Shown: one piece after another, positions 12,153-23,560 of the stretch | Position numbering within the stretch: position 1 is the stretch's first letter | Layout: each line of letters begins with the position of its first letter | Assembly: GCF_006345805.1 (NCBI RefSeq) | Contig: NC_043002.1 | Location: 20,398,001-20,462,000 of the forward strand | Direction: 5' to 3' | Length of the DNA stretch: 64,000 nucleotides | From: Octopus sinensis | Taxonomy: Eukaryota | Notes under the pieces: generated by a model | The model's input: only the letters and a program-made list of their open reading frames with translations | Told to the model about the DNA's origin: nothing | Databases searched by the model: none | Program-made: the position numbers and the translations under genes

Positions 12153-12670
12153 CTAATCACAAAAGTTGATGGTAGTTTTTCTCTTTATATCCCTAATACA
12201 TACATACACACATGCATGCACAGACCACACACACGAACATGCACACACACACACATACATATTCATGCACACAACATACATGAACATACACACACGCACA
12301 TGCACACAACACACACACGCATGCATGGACACACACACATACATATGCATGCACACAACATACACACATGCACACAACACATACACACGCATGCATGGAC
12401 ACACATACACATATATGTTTGTAATCAGCCAACACAACTTACACACACATATTTATTATGTGTGTGTATATATATACATAATCAGCTGAAATTGCGAGGA
12501 TGATCCAGTTCTTGACTGAAGATAAAAGGCTTCGAATGACCCATCCATGTTTCTTTGTATCTTCTATCTGGATGTTTTGTTGTCCCTTTTTGTATCATCT
12601 AGTTGCCTGGATGTTTTGCGTTCTTGTCCCATTTTGCATTTTATTTTATATATATCTATATATATATACT

Positions 12671-12706
<36 letters not shown>

Positions 12707-12850
12707 ATATATGTATGTATATATATATACATACACATAATAAATATGTGTGTGTAAGTTGTGTTGGGTGGCTACAAACATGTATACACATGTAAAAGAC
12801 ATAGTACAAGGCTTCCTATGCTGAGACACATGTCTGAACAAATTCCATAA
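12153..12850. repeat. Degenerate (CA)n/(TA)n tract with an inverted segment (about 12422-12480 vs 12720-12775)
   Basis: CAACACAACTTACACACACATATTTATTATGTG and its reverse complement flank a unique core. Confidence 0.75.
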
Positions 12851-13889
12851 TCACAGAAAGCTTTTGTCCCTTTTTATTACCTTACTCTGTAGTTTTGTTT
12901 TTCTTAGTTGTTATCAATTTCTTTCCGTTCTTCCTTCCTTCCACCATTTCTTTGCGGTCTTTTTCACATTCATACTTTCTTCCCTTCTTTTTCATTCATT
13001 CATTGCTTTCCCTTTATACCAGGGAAAATGCTCAGCAGCATTCCATCTGTCTCTATGTTCTCAGTTCAAATTCTACCAAGTTCAACTTTGCCTTTCATCC
13101 TTTCAGAGTCGATAAAATAAGTACCAGTTGAGCACTGGGGTCAATGTAACTGACTCACCCACTGTCCCCGAAATTGCTGGCCATGTGCCAAAATTTTGAA
13201 TCAATATTTTCATCTTTCTCTCATTTTCCAAATTTTTATACTTTCCCATCCTCTCTTTAATTTCTTTTTCCTTTTCTTTCCTTCTTCTCCTCTACGTTTT
13301 CTTTCATCTCTTTCAATATTTGTGTGTATCTCTTTCTTTACATTCTTTCATATCCTTCCTACTCTCTTTCTTTCATTCATTTTCTCTTTTTCCATTCTTT
13401 CTTTCTTTCATTTTCTTTTTTTGTTTTCTTTCATTCTTTCTTTTGTCATTTTGTGCTTTCTTCTTTCTTTTGTATTTCTCTTTTTTTCCTTCCTTCCTTC
13501 ATTTCTTTCTTTCTTTCTGTCTTGGCCTTGCAGCATTTGCCAGCTATTTTATATTCTCAGTTCAAATCATTCTGTGGTCACCTTTACTTTTCATCTCCCT
13601 AGAGTCAATAAAATAAAGTACCAGTTGAGTACTCCAGTGTCAATATAACTAATACTCACCCTTCAAATGACTGCTCTTGAACCTAAATCAGAAATCATTA
13701 AGTTCTTTCTTTCCTTCCTTTTCCGATTCTTGTCTCCCTCTTTCTTTTCCCGCTTCTCTCTTTTTCCATTTTTTAGTATCTCTAACCTTTTTATCTGTTT
13801 TTATACCGACACACTAAATTCAAAGATTTCTTGAATATTTTCTATACATTATGTCTTTCCATAGTCAATAAAATAGATAAGCAAATGGC

Positions 13890-13903
13890 TAGATAGATAG
13901 AAT

Positions 13904-13989
<86 letters not shown>

Positions 13990-13990
13990 T
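13890..13990. repeat. (GATA)n followed by (AGT)n microsatellite
   Basis: Direct reading. Confidence 0.95.
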
Positions 13991-15608
13991 GTGGTGGTGG
14001 TAGTACTAGCTGCAGTAGTTGTAGTGGACTGAGTTTATTTTTTATCCTTCTAGGATTGATAATCTATTAGTACGAGTTATACGCTGTGTGTGTGTGTGTG
14101 TGTGCGTGAAAAGACATGACTATTCGTCCGTTATTGCTGGTTTTGTATCTAAGTAAAACAAAAAGAAAACGATCGATACTATTGTTGTTACATTAATTGA
14201 GTAGTACTCTAGACAAAATGTATTTAGTTACCTCCCTTTACATTCTGACTTCAAACCCCACCGAAGTAAACCGGTCTTTGATTCTTCCAAGATTTATAAA
14301 ATAGGTCCCTGTAGGATCGGTGTGACACGTTTCGGCACCGCTATTTAGGCGCTGCCTATTTGCTGTCACTCGTTCGATGCTGATTTATTTGACATCAGAC
14401 GCTTTGATGTCATCAGACATTAAAGTGTCATCACTTTCTCTTACTTATTATTAATTTCTTTCCGTTCTTCCTGCCTTTCACCATTTCTTTGTAGCCTTTT
14501 TCACATTCATACTTTCTTCCCTTCTTTTTCATTTATTCATTGCTTTCCCTTTCTTTTCTTTCAAGAATTTCATCTTTAGGTGGCGAGCTGGCAGAAACGT
14601 TAGCGCGCCAGGCGAAATGCTCAGCGGTATTTCACCTGCCGTTACGTTCTGAGTTCAAATTCCGCCGAGGTCGACTTTGCCTTTCATCCTTTCGGGGTCG
14701 ATTAAATAAGTACCAGTTACGTACTGGGGTCTATATAATCGATTTAATCTGTTTGTCTGTCCTTGTTTGTCCCCTGTGTGTGTAGCCCCTTGTGGGCAGT
14801 AAAGAAATAAGAATCTTAAGTATACCAGGGAAAATGCTGAGTAGCATTTCATCTGTCTCTACGTTCTCAGTTCAAACTGAGAACATAGGGACAGTTTGAA
14901 CTATTTGTCTCTATCTCTCTCCCAGTCTTACTCCTACCCTCTCTGTTTATGGTGTAAACATCTAGTTACGTTTGCATGTACGTGTAATATCTCACCCCTC
15001 TATCTCTCAGTCTCTCTGACTGTATGTTTATATTTTTGTGTGTATATTTGTCTTGTCTACTTGTCTTGAGACAGCATTCACCCGGGGTGGGTTGAGCTGG
15101 CTTCATTCATCCTCAATGCTGTTTGCCTCCAGGGTCAAAATGTTCTACCACCAAAACATCATCCAGTCAGCTGTGCCAAATCAGCTTCACCCAATTGTCT
15201 CATTCTACACTGAACCACAACTGCTGCTGGATAATATAAACTTAAATATACAGCCCTTTAACATGTTTTGACCTTTTGATATCTACTATAGAGTACTTGT
15301 CTCACAACTGGGACAAATATACAGTGCTTGTTAAGAAAGTCACCAAGGGAGGGAAGGAAGGAAGACGGGTGACGAGAGAAGAAATAGAGGTCAAAGTAGG
15401 ACTTGGATGGGCACAGTATGCAACTAGCTAGCCCTGAGTTGCAGAGGCCATTGTGGTATTAGTAGAAGGATTAGATTGTGAAGATAGTGTGTTTGTGTTT
15501 TGGGTGTTGGAGTGTGTTGGTGAGTGAGTGTTTGTCCATCAACCAGATGGCTGTTGCTGTTGTTTAACCCGAGACCAGGACTCCTCATTGAGTATATCTA
15601 TGTCATGT

Positions 15609-15930
15609 GAAGGCTCGTGGCTTAGTGGTTAAGGGCATTCGGCTCATGATCGTAAGGTCGTGAGTTCAATTCCTGGCGGTGTGTTGTGTCCTTGAGCAAA
15701 ACACTTTATTTCATATTGCTCCAGTCCACTCAGCTGGCAAAAATGAGTAGTACCTGTATTTCAAAGGGCCAGCCTTGTTATACTGTGTCACGCTGAATCT
15801 CCTCGAGAACTACGTTAAGGATACACGTGTCTGTGGAGTGCTCAGCCACTTGTGCGTTAATTTCACGAGCAAGCTGTTCCGATGATCGTATCAGCTGGGA
15901 CCGTCATCGCAACCAACGGAGTGCTCCTTT
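15609..15930 (+). mobile_element. tRNA-derived SINE family S4
   Basis: A box TGGCTTAGTGG, B box GAGTTCAATTC, then TGTGTCCTTGAGCAAAACACTT..CTCCAGTCCACTCAGCTGGC. Other copies at about 26771-27033, 39873-40175, 43720-44219(-), 44346-44705, 53947-54262. Confidence 0.8.
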
Positions 15931-16303
15931 ATGTTATGTTAATAATTATTGTGTTGTGTTTTGGGGTTATGGCATACCAACCCTTCTTTTCTGAGTCGAC
16001 TTACTTTTTTTCACCCACTGTTCCATCTTTGACAATAGGCTTGCTAAATGAGGGTTGATCTGGGGACCAAGCACAAAAACAACAACAACTACTACTGTTA
16101 CTAGAGACCTTTTGTGTTTTCCTTTCCAAGTTGATTAATATTGATACAAATTATCATTCTCTCCTTTAGCAGAGTCCACTCTGTTGTAAGTCAGGTCATA
16201 TCTCCAGGGTAAATATATCATCCTCCTTCCCTTCCACCAATTACGGAGGCCATCTAAATGACCATGGGTAATGGTATACACTCTGAAAAAGAAATTTCCT
16301 TAC

Positions 16304-16366
16304 TTTCCATGTCTGGAGGAAGGACCAGTGCCCATAGTTACGGCAGGCCCCCAGAGATCAGAGAAA
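16304..16366 (-). CDS. Candidate 63-nt exon of an unidentified minus-strand gene (FSDLWGPAVTMGTGPSSRHG)
   Basis: tatcag acceptor and gtaagg donor, one open frame; phase-compatible with the 21248 exon. It could instead be a terminal exon (..GK*). Confidence 0.3.
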
Positions 16367-16400
16367 CTGATACCATTATATGTTAACATACCACTTAAAC

Positions 16401-16738
16401 CAGGCGTTCTCAACCATTTTTTTATCTATAGATCCCTTTCATTACTACTTTATATGGGTGGACCTCATAGACATTCAATGTTTAAAAACTAGTTTTAGAG
16501 GAACGTCTTTCAAAATTTCTATTTTTGTTTTTCACGCATTAATTTGTGTAGATTGAACTATGGAAAATGTTCAAGAAAGAAACCTAGCTGTTTCTTGCAA
16601 TACATACATATAAAGCATCATTTTTTTCAGTGGCCCTTAAAATACCATTGTGGATCCCCCAATTTACTATTTTATGTGGAACCCCAAAAATCTTATATGG
16701 ACCCTCAGGGATCATATGGCCCCTAGTTGAGAAAAGTA
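16401..16738. mobile_element. hAT (Charlie-like) MITE
   Basis: Ends CAGGCGTTCTCAACC ... GTTGAGAA; close relative at 42624-42905. Confidence 0.65.
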
Positions 16739-17044
16739 TGGGCATAGTGGAAATTCAAAAGGTTCAACGTTCTGAGAGATAAGTGCTGCACATAGGGGTT
16801 AGTGCAAGCACGAGGGATTGGATACGAAACGGCTGCTCTTCTCAGACTGGTTTTCATTCCACTTCTACACAGGCCCTCTTGACTCTCATCCCAGCCCCAA
16901 ATTTTGTCTCCTCCTCAGGCCCTGCACTAAACCTCAAAGCTCAATCCACTTTCACAGAATATCGGACTTTGTCCCACTTCCTTGCGCATGTCGATTTATA
17001 ACTGCTCAAGGGGAATGTTAACATCGTAAATCCCAGGTCGCGAT

Positions 17045-17523
17045 GGCCATGGATATACTTCCTTGGGCATGGACACATTGAAACTCCGACGTCTGGCAGC
17101 TGACTTGGCAGACACCCATAAAATTATTAACCATCTTACTAACAAAAACTCTGAGCACCTTTTCAAACTCCACCTGTCTAACACCCGTGGACATATTTAC
17201 AAAGTCAGAAAACAGCACATCCCATGACTTTCGGAAACAGTTTTTCACGCTGAGAGTTGCTGAAGCATGGAACAAACTGCCAGCATCAGTTGTTAGTTGT
17301 CGGAGCACTTCATCCTTCAAAACTTCCATGCTTCCTGAGATTCGCCAACACTACACCTGATTTTCTCTCCTCCATACACACGCAAGCATGTATCTGACTC
17401 ATACACTGCTTACTTTCCAGACATTTGTACATTACTGCATATACTCTATACGCACTTTCTGACAAGTTGTGGGGCACCTGAGCACTGTATACAATAATTT
17501 CATTATTATTATTATTATTATTA
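17045..17523 (+). mobile_element. CR1-type LINE 3' end with (ATT)n tail
   Basis: LGMDTLKLRRLAADL..KII..NTRGHIYKV..FFTLRVAEAWNKLPASVV..FK; a shorter copy at about 25650-25930. Confidence 0.8.
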
Positions 17524-18002
17524 TACTTTACCACATTCTTATAGAAAAAAGGACGTACATATCAGTGAAATACATACATAGAAGAAGAAAAAAACATTGG
17601 TGCTGTATTGAAGCGTCCAACAAAAATATCTTGAGAGAGTCATTCCCAGTGAGTTGACAATTTGGCAATTCTATTAGTCACAATGCGCACACACGCAAAA
17701 TTTATTAATGATACAAGGGAGGTAACTTTCATGTTTTTCCAGCCGTTTTCCAACAGAAAAGAGTTCCTTTCCCAAGGGACGTAATTAACACAACTCAATA
17801 ATTTGGAGGCGACGTATCAGCCGTGTTGGCAGATAAAATCATATTCCACTGTTTACCATAGAATATATATATCTATATGCATATATCTGTATCTAAATAA
17901 CTGGATATTTACGAGTATATACATTTATATATGCATATTTAAAGTAAATTTATTACTATATATATTTATTTGTGGATTATTGAACAAGTCTTCCGGAAGG
18001 CC

Positions 18003-18434
18003 ATGTCTGGGAGTTATTACTTCGCAATCGTCGGACACCACGACAATCCGATATTCGAGATGGAAACCTGTCCGCCCAATCACAAGAACCACGACCTGAA
18101 GAAGGACGACCACCGACACTTGAACCAGTTCATAGCTCACGCCGCGCTGGACCTGGTCGACGAACAGATGTGGACGACGAACAACATGTATCTGAAGATC
18201 GGCGACAAATTCAACGAATGGTTCGTCTCGTCCTTCGTCACGGCCAGTCGCATCCGATTCATTATGTTACACGACGTCAAACACGAGGACGGCATCAAGA
18301 ATTTCTTCACAGACGTCTACGAGATTTACATCAAACACACTCTGAATCCTTTCTATGAGATCAACACTCCCATCAAGTCGCCCGTCTTCGAAAGGAAATG
18401 CCATTTCTTCGCAAGGAAATACCTTTCCGGATGA
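18003..18434 (+). CDS. TRAPPC2: Trafficking protein particle complex subunit 2 (Sedlin/Trs20), uninterrupted CDS, 143 aa
   Basis: [86 protein letters not shown] closely matches Sedlin; AATAAA at 18861-18870. Confidence 0.96.
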   Translation: MSGSYYFAIVGHHDNPIFEMETCPPNHKNHDLKKDDHRHLNQFIAHAALDLVDEQMWTTNNMYLKIGDKFNEWFVSSFVTASRIRFIMLHDVKHEDGIKNFFTDVYEIYIKHTLNPFYEINTPIKSPVFERKCHFFARKYLSG

Positions 18435-18521
18435 TGAAGCGAGTCGCGCTTTGTTTTCGTAAATTCAGACTGTTGTTTGTTTTGTATGGATGTATTCTTT
18501 GTCGAGTTATGTTTGTGTGAT

Positions 18522-18705
18522 GCGATGTATATGTTTATATATCCGACAATGTATGTATAATATTTGGGTGTGTTTGTTGTGTTGCGATGAATATGTTTAT
18601 ATATCCGACAATGTATGTATAATATTTGGGTGTGTTTGTTGTGTTGCGATGTATATGTTTATATATCCGACAATGTATGTATAATATCTGGGTGTGTTGT
18701 GTGTT
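18522..18705. repeat. 62-bp tandem repeat, about 3 copies, in the presumed TRAPPC2 3' UTR
   Basis: Units start at 18522, 18584 and 18646. Confidence 0.92.
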
Positions 18706-18987
18706 ATGATGAGTGACGGACGGTTGTTCTTATATGTATCTGATAATATATTTGTTAATTATATTAACTAGTCACTGTTATATATGGATTATATATTCGT
18801 TCGAAGCTGATGGTTCGCTCCATTGCTTACTCAAAGTTCGTGGTAAAGAAATTCCGAGCGAATAAATAAACTCTACTAATCTTTCACCCTTTGGTACATT
18901 CAAATATATGTATGCGTTTGTTCCTATTGTTTGTTTTTTTACTCTGACTTATGGATTATTAAGCGACTTTATGAGTATATGTGTGTG

Positions 18988-19083
18988 TATATACGTATCG
19001 CGGGACCGCCCTGCCGTACGTATATACGTACTGCGGGACAGCCCCACCGTACGTATATTCGTACTGCGGGACCGTCCCGCCGT
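18988..19083. repeat. 33-bp CpG-rich tandem repeat x3
   Basis: TATATACGTACTGCGGGAC.G.CCC.CCGTACG units at 18988, 19021 and 19054. Confidence 0.88.
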
Positions 19084-19284
19084 CAGTTAGAGACAACGAT
19101 TTGCGTACTTTATATTGATCAAATAAGAGAAGTGAAGTGAGAGAATAATTGTTGTATATTCCATTCGTTGACGTATACCGTGTGTGAATGTTTAAACAAG
19201 AGAAGTGAAACTTGTAATGCGTAATGTGGCTTTATTCAGTGTGGGCAGTAAACACCCTCTGAGTTAATCTGGAGCAAGGAAGTA

Positions 19285-19516
19285 CAGGGTGCGGCAGAAA
19301 GGTTGCTCCGATTTCGAAGGTTAATAAAAAACAAACACATGGAAAATGCATGAAAAAACTTTGTATTTCTATGAAGTTCATCAAATGCCATTTTCTTTTC
19401 TGTTTCAGGTAGTACCCTCCATGGCCTGGAGTGGAGAGCATCGTTTTTCCTTCTATCTTCATGTGTTTGCTTTTTATTAACCTTTGAAATCGGGGAAACC
19501 TTTCTGCCGCACCCTG
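19285..19516 (+). mobile_element. Tc1/mariner MITE (232 bp, about 60-bp TIRs, TA TSD)
   Basis: TA-CAGGGTGCGGCAGAAAGGTT ... AACCTTTCTGCCGCACCCTG-TA; the interior keeps ATGGCCTGGAGTGGAGAGCATCGT (MAWSGEHR). Confidence 0.92.
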
Positions 19517-19964
19517 TAGCTAATCTAAACATTTTGATTACCACCTACAGCGCTTACATTCCCTATATGCCGAACGGTGGAGTTTCGGATCAGGACGCCT
19601 ACATAAGTTGGTTTCTCTGTTTTGATGGGGAGTTTATCCGAAACTCCGCCTGCCAGATTTCTGCCCGTACTGTTACTCTCTCTAGACTTGTGTAGTGGTA
19701 TTCAGCACTTGTTCAGGTCGGTGTCTACATTCAGATATTTTGATAGATGTTTGTGAGTATATATATATATATGCGTGTATATGCACTCATGCAAGTGTGT
19801 ATAAATTTAATTACTTTAGTAAAAACAACAAACTATTTATGTAAAGACCGGTTCGGAGAATAGTTTTAAAATCTTATACTTACTGGATACTGGATGGTTT
19901 CCGTGTTGAAGCTCCTAGGAGCTTGTTCACAGGTCCTTTTCCACTAGTATAATTAATTTGTTGT

Positions 19965-20590
19965 GTGGTACAACACTTTGACAGTTGTAGCTAATAGTAA
20001 CAGACAGGGTCAAATTTTGCAGGAAGCTCCCTCCAATTTGCATCAAGCCTGTTCTTGAAGGCATTGACTGATGGAGCTGCGACCACACTGTTTGGCAGAC
20101 TGTTCCAGGTGGCCTTCACACGCTGTACGAAAAAGCAGCTTCTAATGTTGAGCCTGCAGTGTGATCTTTCCAATTTCAGTGTCCTCTCGTATTTCTGCCT
20201 TGGAAGTAGTTGAATTGGGGGCGGTTGGTCAGGTACAGGCCATGTATATACTTATACATATTGATCATATCCCCCCTGAGACGGTGATGTTCGAGACTAG
20301 GCAGGTTTAATGCAACCAAACGCTCTGGGTATGGCTTTTCTTTCAAGGATGCAGTGGGTTTGGTGTTACGCCTCTGAACATCCTCCAACTCACAACACAT
20401 TGCCTTATGCCGGGGTTGCCAAACTGTGTGTCCATATTCAGGAATCGAGCAAACTAGAGACTTGTACAGCTGGACGAAGACAACAGGGGTGATGAAGTCA
20501 AATGATCGTCGGATGACTCCAAGGATTCGATTTGCTTTTGCACTTCATCTAAAGAGGAAAATTACCCCGGTTTATCCTTTACTTAAGGTA
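19965..20590 (-). mobile_element. CR1-type LINE 3' fragment (second family)
   Basis: LEDVQRR.TK..LKEKPYPERLVALNLPSLEH.RLRGDMI..NTRGH; FFVQRV..WNSLP.SVV.APSVNAFKNRLD. Confidence 0.85.
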
Positions 20591-21247
20591 ACAATGTAGC
20601 ATTGTGTTAGTGCCAGATCAGTCCCTGGTTATGTTAAACATGATTAGAGCCTAAAGGAACTATTTGGCAAGGAAAATCAAATTACTCCTGGAGGTGAAGT
20701 GACTCTCAAACTTCATGTGGGTAGTGAGTCTAATTTTTCTCTCCTCTGGGAGAAGCTTGACAAATTGTCTCAATGGCTCCTCTAGCTCCAGTCCATTGTA
20801 CTTATAATGAAAAACATTTCAGACATAGTATTCCGTTTATAATTTTTTTTTTCAAGACAATGGGTCTTGATTGATGGAATATTTGGGGCTGTTGTTTTTA
20901 TAAGGACAAGTTAGCATGTTGAATAAGCATATCAAAGAGAGTGAGCAAGTTATACTTATGTGTGTTTTTGTGTATATTTAAATGTTGGTTTCGTACTCGT
21001 GAATTGCAGTTAATCAAAAAAAAAAAAAAAGACTCAATACTGTAAGATAGAGTGGAATAACATTAATTATTCAAAACTCAATCTGCACGAGTCAACTAAT
21101 TAATTACTAATTCCAGGTCTTTTATAATAATAATGTATGTTTGAGTATATATATATGTGTGTGTATGTATGCATACATGTAGTTGCTTGTGTATGTGTGA
21201 TCTTTTTTTTTTTGTTAAATCATTCCAAGATGTTTTTCTTACCTTAC

Positions 21248-21510
21248 TATTCTGTGAAATATCCACTTATTCTCAGAGTCACCGTCTGGGAAACGGAGTA
21301 TTTCATATACTGTGGACTTAGTGAAAATACTTCACTTATTACAGAGACACTCTGGAGCACCTCATAAACAGAGGTCCACGGATACTTGTTTATAGATGCT
21401 TTGAAAGTACTTATTAACTGTGATACTTGGGGTTCTCCTATTATTAGGGAAACAATGAAAGTACCTCCTTTGTTACAGAGACATACAGAGTATCTGGTTT
21501 TATACAGAAA
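21248..21510 (-). CDS. Candidate 263-nt exon of an unidentified minus-strand gene
   Basis: ttgctctcag acceptor; open frame FLYKTRYSVCLCNKGG..QTVTLRISGYFTE; ends at either a gtaagg donor (phase 2) or a TAG TAA stop. Confidence 0.5.
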
Positions 21511-21580
21511 CTGAGAGCAACACATTTTTTGTTTTTTATAGAGGTACATGGTGTACCCGCACACAAAATACAACACTCAC

Positions 21581-21636
21581 AGTGGGGTACCATACAGATA
21601 CATTCAACCATATCATACTGCAATTCATCTCGGGTG
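21581..21636 (-). CDS. Candidate 56-nt exon (PEMNCSMIWLNVSVWYPT)
   Basis: Long pyrimidine tract with AG, gtgagt donor, and a 70-nt GT-AG intron that joins in frame to 21510. Confidence 0.5.
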
Positions 21637-21956
21637 CTTTAAATGAAGCAGTGTGAATGGGAAGAAAAATGAAAACAAAACTTTGTAATGTCAATAAATT
21701 TTATTTATTTTGAAAATCTGAGGATTTTTTTGATAAATTCCTCATGAAATCTGTAATTAATAAAACTGTTTATGATGATTGAATACTTTATTGCAGTGTT
21801 TAATTCTTTATATCCTGCTGAACTCTTTTATGTCTTTCAGCTTCATCTTTCCAGTGTGATAAAATATGAATCAGTGAACTAAAGCAGTTGATTAAAATAG
21901 CTACACTCTTTCCCAAACCATGATCTTGTGGTCATATTAGAAATTATTATTATTAT

Positions 21957-22495
21957 TGAGTGAGAGAGCAGTGCATGCCATCAAAGTGACACTGGGGTAA
22001 AATATATGAAGCCCAGTATATCCATCATGACTACCCGTCTGATAAGGGTACACCAGGCACATGCATCACAACCATATGTGCACAACATGGTGATCTCATA
22101 TCAAGATAAACAGTGCATGAACTTGCAAGTTAGAATTTTCTTCAGGTCGAGTAGCCCATCCCGCTCAAAAGGTCCCTGAATAAGGGTTATTTAAGGATGT
22201 TGAATGAAACATCCATGTTTCCAAAGGTGAATTATCCAAACCCCAAAGAATTCCTCTCAACACATGGCTATGATGCTCCCCCACTACTTCTTGTGATCAG
22301 AGATGCACATATTGTCAGCCACTAAGGAACAACTGGTTAAGGTCAAAGAACTGACAAGCAAATCTGTGGTATTGAGCAGAATATTTGCTGTAGCCCATCT
22401 TCTATACCAAGACAAAACAATGTACATGATAACACTTCCAGTCATTTAAGATCAGAAGCCATGAGAGCCACTGCCTGATAATGCATCAGAGCATT
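21957..22495 (-). mobile_element. About 540-bp non-coding dispersed repeat embedded in (TTA)n, probably a TAA-targeting non-autonomous retroelement
   Basis: Bounded on both sides by TTA repeats, no ORF; family assignment is inference. Confidence 0.45.
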
Positions 22496-23120
22496 TATTA
22501 TTATTGTTATCAAGGTGGTGAGCTGGCAGAATTGTTAGCATGCTGGACAAAATGTTGAGTGTCATTTCGTATATCTTTACGTTCTGAGTTCAAACTCTGC
22601 CAAGGTCAACTTTACCTTTCATCCTTTTTAGGGTTGACAAATTAAACACCAGTTGAGTTCTAGGGTTGATGTAATCAACTTAACCTCTTCCCAAAAATTT
22701 CAGGCCTTGTGCCTTTAGTAGACAGGATTATTATTATTATTGAGGTGGTGAGCTGGCAGAATCATTAGCATGCTGGGCAAAATGCTTCATGGCATTTCGT
22801 CTGCCTGAGTTCAAATTCTGCTGAGGTTGACTCTGCTTTTCATCCTTTTGAGATTGGTAAAATAGTACCATTTGAACACTGGGGTTGATGTAATCAACTA
22901 GCTCCTTCCCTCAAAATTTCAGCCCTTGTGCCTGTAGTAGAAAGGTCTATTATTATTATTATTATTATTATGTTCCATCCTTGTCAGAGTCAGTTTAGCT
23001 TTTTGTCTCAATGAAGTGGATAAACTAAAAATACAAGTCAAGTATTAGCAGCAATGTAATCAAGTGACCCACCAGCCCCCCAAAACCTCTGGTCTTGTGG
23101 CTATATTAGAAACATTATTA

Positions 23121-23560
23121 TTGTACGTTATTTACATTGGACAGTTATGTGTCCTCATCTTGTTTGTTGTTACCACAATGTTTCAGCTGATTTACTCACC
23201 AGCCTTCATCAGGTGTCCTGGTTGATTTTTGAACCCAACCCTGGGTTCTCATTACTGAGGTTTTTTTTTTCCTTGATATTATTATTATTATTATTTATTC
23301 AAGGCACTGCCTGGAATTGAACTCGGAATATTGGGGTTAGTAGTCAATTCCAGGCAGTGCCTTGAATAAATAATAATAATGATAATAACATAAGCAAAAA
23401 AAAATACCTTAGGAATGAAAACCCAGGGCTGGGTTCAAAATTCTACTGGGACACCTGATGAAGGCTGAAACGTTGTGGTAACAACAAACAAGATGAGGAC
23501 ATATATGCATCCAATGTAAATAATGTACAGAATTCCTCATCTCAAAAATATAGAACAGTA
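23121..23560. mobile_element. Fold-back element A: partial tRNA-like head with inverted hammerhead-containing arms
   Basis: Arms 23121-23320 / 23344-23528; same family as 43280-43706. Confidence 0.75.
23172..23217 (-). ncRNA. Minimal type I hammerhead-ribozyme motif (degenerate)
   Basis: GACAC-CTGATGA-A-GGCTG..CAGCT-GAAA-CATT-GTGGT; the inverted copy at 23450-23479(+) has lost helix II. Confidence 0.55.

Noticed and set aside
12480-12560. CTGAAGA..CGAATG as a further hammerhead
   Set aside because: No GAAA core following a helix II.
13196-13648. Phe/Leu/Ser-rich membrane-like ORFs
   Set aside because: Pyrimidine-rich low-complexity DNA plus SINE sequence.
16130-16282. Minus-strand exon after a tttctttttcag acceptor
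   Set aside because: It would need a 21-nt intron from the 16304 donor; no recognisable product.
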